In this document: in pieces, positions 42,600 through 53,700 of the stretch
Position numbering within the stretch: position 1 is the first letter of the stretch
Layout of the letters: every line of letters begins with the position of its first letter
From: Thalia democratica
Taxonomy: Eukaryota
DNA length: 64,000 nucleotides
Direction: 5' to 3'
Assembly: GCA_965202585.1 (NCBI GenBank)
Contig: OZ241832.1
Span: 50,034,001-50,098,000, forward strand
The notes under the pieces: generated by a model
What the model saw: the letters and a program-made list of their open reading frames with translations, nothing else
Database searches by the model: none
Told to the model about the DNA's origin: nothing
Made by a program: the position numbers and the translations under genes

Positions 42600-43260
42600 T
42601 AAGAAGCATTTTAACAAATAAATTAGATTAGAATCTCATTGGCCGACAATTACCAGGGTCATCGGGCGAAGTTGCGGTCATCAAATTGCCACATCAAGCA
42701 TGCTGCATTGTGATGAAAAGTAGCGGTTCGCTTGAAAGGTAAAAGCTTTTCGCACACAGTAAGTGAAGCAGTGGCGTTTTGTTTTTGTGCTCCGAACGTG
42801 ATCGGATAGTTTTAACCAGCCGATTTGCGAAAACGCCTCTCTCTAATCGGGCGACGGCGACACAAAGTTTCAGATGGGGGGATGAAAGGAATAGAAAAAA
42901 CAAGATATCGTTATATTTTTTCAAAGCGCTGTGGCAATTTAGATACGGCTGTTTCTATCGGTGTGCGAATCGAAAGATAACTTTTTTTTCAAAGCAATCA
43001 GCCCGATTTGCCGCTCATGATTTCTGCTTAATAATTGGACTTGCTGGTAGTTTTTCTTGTTGAGCTGTTTGACGACCGCCTTCAGTTAATCTGCAGATGC
43101 CATCAGAGTGTGGGTGAGATCTGCTCGGCGCCTTTCATCTATTTACAAACTGTTTATTGATTTAGCGACGAGAGAGCGGCGAGCGAGGCGGGAAGAAAGG
43201 AAAGTTTCAGAAAAAATCAAAAGCGCTCGCCTCACGTCCACGGAATACTAATTTGAGAAT
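42600..43260. promoter_or_regulatory. Putative proximal promoter ~1.1 kb upstream of exon C1
   Basis: CpG-rich block with ATTGG (CCAAT), GA-rich and GGCGGGAA (E2F-like) motifs. No supported ORF. Confidence 0.35.
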
Positions 43261-44335
43261 AAATATTTGTTGCTACTTGTTGTGAGCAACACAATTACAA
43301 AGTAGATGTCTTTTTGTTTTAATTATGTAAATTTTAGTATTTTAAAATTTTTTAGTTAAGATAAATAACTATACTTTAGTTATAGAAATTTTTAATTTTT
43401 TTTTAATTTAGTTAAAAATAAGTCATTTTTGAATTATTTTTTTTAGGTTTTTTTGACGGTATTACCTTGAATAGCAGTAGTTCAGTTGTGTTTTTTTTTT
43501 TGAGAACTTTTTAAAAATTTCAGCGAAATTCTTAGAAAGCGCCAATTATCAATTTTTTTTTCTTTTCACTGCCGAAGGAAACAACATCCGTTTGATGAGA
43601 ACGCGGCTTTTAATTTGCAGTTGAAGACCGGCGTTAATTTGCGTCCAAATGAATAAAGTGCAGGCTGTAATCACGAATTAACCTGCATAATGGCTCGCAA
43701 CAGTTCAGCGTCTTTTTTTTTTCACTGTGAACACACCACAGCACCATTTCACGCTTGAAAGGGGCAACTAAGCGGTGTGTAAGACTTGAAATTAACCTGG
43801 CTGTGTGTAGCAATATTTCACTGTTATTAACGTGAGAAATTCGTCGGGAACAAAATGCGAGTTTTCAGGTTGCGCTTCAGTGTTTGAATTTGTTTTGAGT
43901 AGAGATGATGATTGTTGTGAGCTCGGGTTGTCAGCTGAATTGAAAGGCAAGGTGGTTTTTAGTTGTGAATTATTTTTAGCGGAAAAAGTTAGTACAGTTA
44001 CTTAAATTTTAGAAATAGTTTAAACAAGATTGATTTTGTTTTGTTAAAATGTTAAAAATGACTAAAACTATTCTTAGTTTCAGTTCAAATTTTGAGCTGA
44101 AAGTATAATGCTAAGTTTTTGTTTTAAAAGCAATACAAGTTTCATTATTGAAACACCTTAGTTAAATAAACTAAAATTTATTTAAGATACACAAAGACAA
44201 ACTTAATGAGTTAACTAATGGTTGCTTGCTTATTAAAATATCACTATTACCTTACATTTATTGAATTCATTTGTTTTAGAAAACCATTGAAAACTCCACG
44301 TGGCTTGATAAACTTTAAGATATATAATCCAACAG

Positions 44336-44722
44336 GACATAGATTTTAAAAAGCCACTAAAGTCAACGGTTACATGCAGAAGCGACTGCAACAAACTCAA
44401 AAGCCATCCAATCACAGAAGATAAAAACTCGTTTTCGCCCAACTTCGATCAGGACCGCCTGAACCACGAAACCGAAATTATTTTGGACCGGACCAGCAGC
44501 CCAATGATGACGAGCTCGCAGCAGGTGCAGTCCACGCAGGCCTTCAACTCGCACCTGCGCTACATCCAGCAGCAGCAGATCCAGCAGGAGCAGGGGGCGC
44601 AGGGGGAGGGGGGAAGCACCATGTCCCCGCCCCTCAACATGCAGGCGGCGGCGGCGATTTTCACCGCGGCGGCCCACAACAGCAGCCTGCATCAGGTGCA
44701 GGCTCAGCAGGACCGCGAACAG
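44336..44722 (+). CDS. zfh2: Core exon C1, Q/A-rich N-terminal region (first in-frame ATG at 44504)
   Basis: Frame open 44312-44764; ccaacag| acceptor (5' boundary uncertain); CAG|gtcaga donor in phase 0; GC-rich codons from about 44500. Confidence 0.8.
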
Positions 44723-47700
44723 GTCAGAATAAAATTTTGTGTTCGGTTTTTAGTTCACTTATAATTTTTAATGATAATTATACAAAACAGTAATTAAATC
44801 TTCATATCCTGAAAATTTTAAAATAGCTACAGTTGATTTTTATTAGGTTATAAAGATTGATTTAAACAACTGGTAAAAGCAGTTTTATAAAACATTCTTA
44901 TATAGGGCAAAGTTTTTATACTTCTAGTTTATTACAAGCATTATGCTGGGAATTTTTAAGCTAATTAAAAACTAAAAAGTTATACAAGGAATTTTTAATA
45001 AACAAAAACCAATTAAAGGCGCCCGATAGCTCGATATCCGGAAACAGATTGCTCTAGCAAAAATTTGCCATTTTACGTTAAAAACATGAGAAATTAAAAA
45101 GATATAACTAAATAAAAAGTTTTACGTCTTAATTTTAATATAAAAAATTGTCATAATAATGTTTATGTTTAAGTTAAAGTAAATAGTATAATCTATGTTT
45201 ATTTTATTTATAATTATTAAAATAAGCATACTTTTTTTGGTTTAAAAACTTAAAGGGCTTAATAACCCCTAATCGCCATAATTCTAAAACTATTCATAAT
45301 AAATAAAGACGCACTCAACAATGACCTTGAATTTCTATTTTTAATCCCTATATGTACCGTATTGCGGATGCTCAGCACTTATTTATACTTTATAAACCCT
45401 AAATTGCCTTATCAATTGGGTAGACCTCGCCGCCGCAGCTGAGCCAGGCAGCGAACAGCAGCAGCAGCAGCAAGGCGAACTCCATGGAAGTGATCAGCAA
45501 CGTTTCGAAGGAGCTGAAGAGCATCAAGATGAGCATGATGCCGGACACGCAGATCTCCATGAACCGGACGAGCGGGTTCGAACCGATGGACGTCACCGCC
45601 TCCTCCATGTACCTCTCCAACATCGCCGCCTCGCAGTCCCACTTCCAGTCGCGCAACTCGAGCAAGAAGCTGAAGTGCCCCAAGTGCAACTGGCACTACA
45701 AGTACAAGTTTGTTGGACAATATAAAAATATAAGAGATTATCTAAATATATATATATTACTTATATAAATATATACTACTTATTAATAGTAATTTAATGC
45801 ATAACAAACTACTGATTAGCTAACAACTTTTTATAAAGTAAAATATATGTTACGAATTTGTTTTAATATTCTTGTTTTATAGTTTTGGTAAAAATATTTG
45901 TAATCTAAGCTTTAAGTTTATGATACAAGCAATATATAAACAACTTTTGTAAAGGTCAGATTGGTTGTCTTTTTTTAGTTCAATGTGTATTTTTAAATAT
46001 CATAGCTAAAGTAATACTAATTTCATAAACAAGCTGCAACTGCCTCCAATCAATAATAAAATGAAGTAGAAAAAACTTCCAATACATATCAATTATTTCT
46101 TTTATTAAGGAAAATAACGCTTTTAAAGGCATTTGTAAGAGCAAGTTAGAAATCGATTTGCTTATTATTGTCGTATGGCTCAATAACAATGGCAAAATAC
46201 CTTATATTTGTTATTGTTTGTTAAATAGAAATATGGTATAGTCAAGCATTCAGTTTGATCAATAATAATTGAATGTTTTAATTCTTGCTTACTTTTTGTT
46301 TTATTATTTATATGACAACCTTATTATATAAGAAGTTGGTAGCTTAAAAAAATGTAAAACTATAAAACGAAGTAAAAATAAATCGATATTTACTTATTTA
46401 AGTCGTCAGGTGTAATAAAAAAGTACAGATCTATCTAAAAAGTAATTGTTCTTAGAAAAATAATTGGTCATTTAAACATTTTGTTCACTAATGTTTAAAA
46501 GATTTCTTAAAGAATTTTAGGTGCATAGATTATGTAGATTGTTTTCTCATTTAGGGATTAGTTTTTAAATCTATAATTTTAAGTACCTTTGATACAGTTA
46601 GGCATTAAGATAGCAATTTAGTAATTACTGACTTATTCTCATTTCTTAAAAGTGTTTTTCATAAAATGAAAACTTGTTTTGTATGATAATGTTAATATAA
46701 GTATTATTGTAAGGTCATCTCATACGCAATGCTCAACATTTTGTTCAAACAAAGTGCTTTGAATTCAAACCTTTCTAAAGCTGTTCAGCATTAAAACAGT
46801 TAATCTTCAGTTTATAAAATATGTAGTTTAATTAAGCGTTTATCGAGAGCAAATATTTAAAAGTCAATTCGTGTTGCTTAATTGAAATTTTAAATTATCG
46901 ATATAAGCGTGACCTCCAGGGTCAAATGTGCATGTTAACTGCGTCACTTTCATTATTGATGCTGAATCAAAATAAGTTAAAACAAAAGTTTCAAAAATTA
47001 AGGTTTAATTAGTTTATTTATTTATTATAGTTTAAATCATAAGCAGATGGTAATTTTACGTCTAAGTATAAACCTTTTTAAACTTTTAAACACTATTAAA
47101 AAACTTCACTTAATCGTGAACTATCAAATAAAACCAAACTCTAATATTTATCTTTTTAATTTAAGATAAACAACTTAGTACTTATCTAAAAATTAACAAA
47201 AATGTGTTGAACAATTTCTTTAGTCTTATTAGTAATTTGTTGCGTTAAAAACATTTTTTTGCGAAATTAAAGCACATACCGTTGTTTCAGCTTAAAACAA
47301 ATTTAAACACTCAACAAGTGAAACGTTCAGGGAAACACTGGAGGCGCACATGAAGGAGAAGCACGCGGACGAGAACACGGACTGCCACTACTGCAACACC
47401 GGGCAGGCCCACCCCAGACTGTCCAGGGGCGAGAGCTACACGTGCGGGTACAAGGTTCGAACTGCTAAAAATAAAAGTTAAAATAAACAAACTGCCGACA
47501 TTGAGTTTTATAAATCTGAAACACTTTTAAAAGTTCATTCGGGTTGACAACAAAAATGAGCTGTTCGCTTAAAACTTGACCTTAAATGCTGTCATACATA
47601 TACAATAAACAAAATTTGAGGACATTAAAATATAAGATTTCCACTGCACAGCAAACATTAAAACTCGTTTTCGGCAGTTTTAAACTTTAATTTTAAGTCG

Positions 47701-50700
47701 ACCAATTGTCTAAAAATTAAGAAACCGCCAGTTTCAAAATACCATAATTTTCTCTTAAAAATATATTATTTAAAAGCCAATTTAAGCCGTCCCAGATCAA
47801 AACTCAATACCTGTTTAATGGGCTCGTATATTATTCAACGAATTCTCCACTTCATGCATATTCTGCCTTCGCAAATGAACACATTTTAGCTGTTTTTTTC
47901 ATAATTGGCTCCAGCGGCGAAATTGGGTGTTGGAAAAAATTGTGAGTAATGTGTCCGTTACTCGCTAAAGACTGATGAATTAAATTAAAGTAAAGACGCA
48001 AGAACAAAAGAAAACGAGTTAAACGGCGTTGATAATGATGAGCAAATGTGGAAAAGAGAAACAAAAGTGTACACAGGTAAGCAGTTGCGAGCCTTCACTG
48101 ACAGCTTAAATTAGCATTTGTGGCAACGGTCAACTCGTCAAAAGAAACTAGCGGCTATTTTCCACTCGTCGTTGGAAATCTTCACAAAAATGTTCTTATT
48201 CCCGTGTATTGTCTTCCGCATCGGTCTCAACTTGCACTTGTTAATTGTGCCTCTTTGTTCTTTTCTCAAGTGCGGAAACGGTTGTTTGTTTGTTGAGTAA
48301 CCTTCTGTTGGCTAAATAGCATCAACGAGTTCCATATTTAGATTTTAAAATGTTTACACTCTCGGCAACTTTCAATAAGTTTAGAAATAGAAGAAGTTTA
48401 TAAGCCAGTTAATCCAATTCAAAACTTTAATTTTGATAAAACGACAAGCTTAAACAAGTTTAGTTAGACAATACTTACATAGAATTTCACAATTTTTCGC
48501 ATTAAATTATTAAACACTAAAACTTCTTTAAGAAATGTATTCTAAAATACTTAAAAAGGCCTAATAAACAATACTTCTAATCTTAACTGTTTCTTTGTCC
48601 CGAAAAGTTTCAAGAACTCAAAATTAAACTTCCCTGTTAATAATGTATTAGGAACCAGAGTTTGAAAGTTTCAAAGTTCAAAAACAAACCAACCGTTTCT
48701 GGCTGGCATTAACATGTAAACAACTTTAATCCACCACTGCGCACCAAAACGGTGATCTGAGTGAAATTGTTTAATTAATAATATGTCGCTTCGCTGCGCC
48801 GTTAAAGCCCAGGCAGATCTACTTGCAGTGATGCGAATAATTTTAATTGCAAAAAAGTATCCCATCGGTCCCGACGGCCGGTGATCGAAACGAAAAAGAA
48901 AAAAGTGGATTCGCTCGAAAATGCATGGTTTTTTGCTTCGGCGGCTAGGAAGACGAATGCCTTTTTGCTAATTTGCTTCGATTTTGATTTGTTACTAATC
49001 GAATTTACAATTGATTTTGCACCTGCTGATTTTTGACAACAAGAGAAACGTTCTGCTTTCTTAATTGGACAACTGAAAGTGGTTACTAATTACCTCGAAG
49101 AAATTCGAAGATGAATAATTAATTGTTTGTAAAACGGTCATTTCGTTGTTGCTAATTCAAACGTCTAGCAGTTAAAATTTAAATCTGCTGTTGTTAAACC
49201 AGTTTAACAAAAAGTCGAGTTTTATTTCTTATTCGTTAAAATTTATTTACTTTATAAGATATTAAACATATCAATAAAAAAAATATTTTTTTAGCCCTAC
49301 CGCTGCGACGTGTGTAACTACTCAACGACGACCAAGGGCAACCTGAGCATCCACAATCAGTCGGACAAGCACCTGCACAACGTCAGGACCATTCAGCAGA
49401 GACAGGCCCAGGAAAGCTTCAGAAAAAACTTCCGCTTTCAGCAGCATCAGCAGCAGAGCGGCTCGAAGGTGAGCGATCCTTCCGCTGCGAACAAAAGCGC
49501 CTTTGACAGCGATTCCGCCAATGAAAAGGTGAGTTTTCTGATTGAAAGTTAATTAATTACCTATGTTGGATGCATTGACTGTATTGTAATAAAAAAGTTT
49601 TTTAGAACAGTTTGCAAAAGGTTATACAAAAAATTCTGAAGTAAAAACGTATTTAATAATAAAAAAAATATTAACTTAAACTTGGTATCTTATCATAAAC
49701 GATCATACATCATTGGTTAAAAAAAAATCAAATTTATTAAACCAACAAACTTTTTGTAATATTTTCTGCAGTAAATTAACTTGAAAAATTTTTAGTAATG
49801 TTTGCTAGGACACTTTAATTTTTTTATTGCTAAAAATGCTTTAAGTTTTAAAACTATATAATCATTAAAACAAACATTTGATTATTTAAAATAAAAAATT
49901 TCAATTTGAAACAAGTTTAGTTGCTTTATTGAGCCATTAAAGATTTAAAGATTAATTGTCAAGCTAAAGCTAGGTGAAAGACTTAAGTGTAATTGAAATC
50001 AAAGCAAAACTAAGCAATAGTCAGAAGTCTTACCATCGAAACACGATTCTTGTTCGATATTCAATTAACGATTTTTAACTACTGATTGAAACTTTACTTT
50101 TAATTCCTCTGTAAACAAAGAAGCGGTCAAGCTATTACTAAACAATATTTCGATTAATTTGTAACAAAAGTAAGCCAGATGAAAAACTAGATTTAGTGAA
50201 TTAACGAAACTAATTCGCTTTTCATCTATCACAATTAACTTTGATCTATGCATTGTCTTTGGCATTTTTTAAAACTATTAATCATAAAACTGTTTTAATT
50301 CACCGTTGGAAAACTTTTATGGCAAACCATTGTATGAGTAAACTATTTATACCGACATTAGCCTATTTATGAATAATTTATATTTGCTCTAACTTTAAAC
50401 TAATCAAAAATGTAATTTAATAACTTCAAATGTGACCTTGCAGAGCACAATAAGCATGTGCCAAAAGTTTAAACAAGAGACGCTACATAAGCTATAACAA
50501 TAATATTAATGTCAAAGCAAAAAAAACATCTTCGGCTAAAATCAAACAATTTCCTAGAAAACAGTTTTTAACAAGGTTATCATTCAGCAACAAAAATAAA
50601 ACCAATTTTGATTTGTTTTTTTCTTAAAGTTAAACAGATTCGCACACAAAAATTAAATCATACATGTTTACTGAAATGTTAAAAATAGCTGGCAATATTA

Positions 50701-53700
50701 GTCTTAAAGAATGATTAAAGCAAAAACAGTATTAAATCGTTTTAGTTTTGCTTTTGAGTAATTTTTCTCCTACGATTAATTTAGCTACAGTTTTTAAGTA
50801 GGATATATTCAATAAAATTTTAGGTTTAATGTTGTTTAAGCCATACGTTTTTGTTTCATGAGTAAATACGTCTCAATATATACACAACGTAAATTACCTT
50901 TAAGTTGAATGATAACATTTTGCCTTAAACGTAGTGATTTTAACGGATTTTTTAACTATAACGTTTGAGAAAATCAATTTTCAAAAAATCCAAGATTGAT
51001 TAGTTGAGACAAACGTTTAATTAATTTTGATTTTACTCTAAATGTGTTTCTTTTTTCTATTAAAGTAACCGAAAATATTTCTTTTAACTTGAATTTTTTT
51101 TTTTAATTTTTGGTTTTGTAAACTTTTTCAAAATACTTAGAATTATATGGTATTGTGGTATATATATTTTCTTAAATTACAAGTAAAGTTCAAACAACAA
51201 TTTAATTAAATAAAAAATTTCAGAGCTTCACTACTGGCTCAGTAGTAGCTTCAATTGAAAATAAAGATTCCAGCGAAAGTTTACACGCAAGAAAAAGAAT
51301 TAAAATTAGCAATGGAAAACCGAATCCCTTAGTAGCAACTCCCAACAAAGTTTCTACGCCTACCATGCCCTCAAATTGTAAGTTTATTCTTTGTATTGCT
51401 CTGTAAAAAATATTAAACAATCTAAATAAAAATTTTGCTAAAATATTAGTTATTTTTAACTTTAGTTCATTATTATCTGTTAATAAATTTCTAAAAAACA
51501 AAAAAAAATAATATAAGGTAGCTTATAGAAAGTCTACTTAAACCTTTTGAAAATAATTTCTCTGACTACTAGCTATCAAAAAATGAAATGTTTTTAGAAC
51601 AAACAAAAGCATCTTCAAGCTGTTGCAAGCGTGTTTTAAGTAAAACAAACTTTAAATAGCCGTAATGAAAGCCTTGATTTAACGCATTTCTCACTCATTC
51701 TCATTGTTGCCGAATCAACTATCAATGTGTGTGGCTTCTTTTCGCAAGGTGAGAAAAATGCGTCAATTATTCAAAGCTCGCCGGCTAAACATACGTGAGG
51801 ACTGGCGAATCAGGGGACGCAGTGTCAAACATGAGAAAATTCACACGCGAGCACACCTGTTCGTCGTGTTTTGCCCTGTCACTTATAATTGTGTTTTACA
51901 GCTCGCACAGAGAGCTCCTTTTTAATTGAGAAAGCAGCCGTGAGCCGAGAGCGCAGCGACACCTGTTACACTATTTTAATCAAACCCTAGTTTTGTTTAT
52001 TCTTGCATCATCACGTCAAACCTCCGCAGGTGGCAACCCGCTGGTGCAGGCCAGCGCGCTGACTCAGTTCTTGCAGCAGATCCAGCAGAACAAGCTCAGC
52101 CAGTTCCACCAGAACCAGTCGGAAAGTTCTCAGAGCCAAGATCAGGACCAGCAGCAGAAGCACGACGGGTTCCAGCAGCGGCTGGAGGCGCTGACGCAGC
52201 AGCTCATTGCCACCCAGCGGCAGAACCAGATCCAGCAGCAGCAGCTGCAGCAGGTGCTGATGGCGTACAACCAGTCCATGCACCAGCTGCACCAGAAGCA
52301 GGGAGGGATGCAGCACAGGGGAGGCTCCCCCATGTCAATGCAGGCGGTAATGCAGAACCCTCATCTGTACCACATGCACATGATGAAGAACTTCGGCTTG
52401 GTGCAGAACGGCTTCAACTTCGCCCACGCCAACGAGGCCAGAAACGAACTGGTTGGATTTTTTGTTTCTTTTTAGAATCAGTCGTTTATTATTTTTGTCT
52501 TTACACCAATCAAATTAGAAAAAATCGTATACTATACATTTGAAAAAATAGTATGATAATTAAGTACTTACTCAGTAATTTAAAAGCTCAAAATATTCTT
52601 GACATTTTAACTATTTAGCAGACATCAGTGAACGACCTGAACCGCAGATTCGTCTTCACTTGTCACATTTGCCTCAGCTTCGGCACTGACGACATTTCCG
52701 CGTTGGAAGCCCACATCAGAAAGCCGCGCGCCTTCGACACCACGTACGACCCGAACCGCAGCGAGTGGACGACCAGGCTGCAGGACGACTCGTTCTACTG
52801 CAAGCTGTGCAAATACAGCACCACTGTGAGTGGATTCGTCATTTCAATACTGATAAACATTTATGTAAAAGTGTAAGACATTTTCTAAAGCTACAATGTT
52901 TATACTACTAAAAAATGTTTATTTTACCTAAGTTTATGTGGTAAGTTAATTAATTTAAAAAAATATTTAGTAATTGTTTTTGTCATCTTAAACGGTTAAG
53001 TAGTTTAGCTGTGCTAAGTAAATAAAACGCTCACGTTAATGAGTTTAATTTTTTATGACTGATGAGGTACGTAGCGAACGCAGGCAATAATTAAAACACG
53101 GAATATTTAATACCTCTGTACGGCATTCGTAAGCGTTTGAATTGTGTTTGTGATAGATGACAGATGCTTCTCACAAGGCAATGTCAAGAGCTTAATTATT
53201 CACGCCTTACAGCTATTTCAGATGGTACACATAAGCTTGCTGCTAATCTAATTGGCTTCTGATCAAGCTTTTCACTTAACGCTGAGCGCGCGGTGCGAGG
53301 CTCTCTGCTCAACTACAAGACCTTTGAGAAATGTCGTGGCCATTCTGTGTTAATCGTGTTTAATTAGCTTACGTATTAAAACGGGACAAAGCATTTGCCG
53401 TCTGCTCAAGAAGTGTTCCTTGTTAAGTGTTTTGTTGGAAATGCAGAAGTTAGGATAGTACACCATAACAACTAGAAGATTATGAATGAAATCGTGCTAT
53501 ATTTTTGTTATTTAATGTGGAGTCGATTTACAATGTTATCTAAAATAAAATCATACTACAAACTGAGCTCGGTTTTCCTTTAGTGCTGTGTTGTTTGCCT
53601 AATCAATGCTAATTACAAGTTGTTGCATCATCGACAGAAGGTAAGTAGAGACGTTTCTAAGCTGGTATTTATTTATACAAAAGGATGTGTTTAAAGTAAT

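Noticed and set aside
44363-45720. Minus-strand ORFs 44363-44692, 45399-45689 and 45412-45720
   Set aside because: Antisense shadows of exons C1 and C2.
39290-48107. C/D-box-like ATGATGA...CTGA pairs (near 39290 and 48035)
   Set aside because: No convincing terminal stem or recognisable rRNA antisense element; the 48035 case is better explained as an exon.
51220-51501. 93-aa minus-strand hydrophobic ORF
   Set aside because: Overlaps + strand exon C5, which has canonical splice sites and is required for frame continuity.
52011-52333. Minus-strand ORFs over the CAG-rich exon C6
   Set aside because: Mirror of polyQ codons (polyL/polyC).
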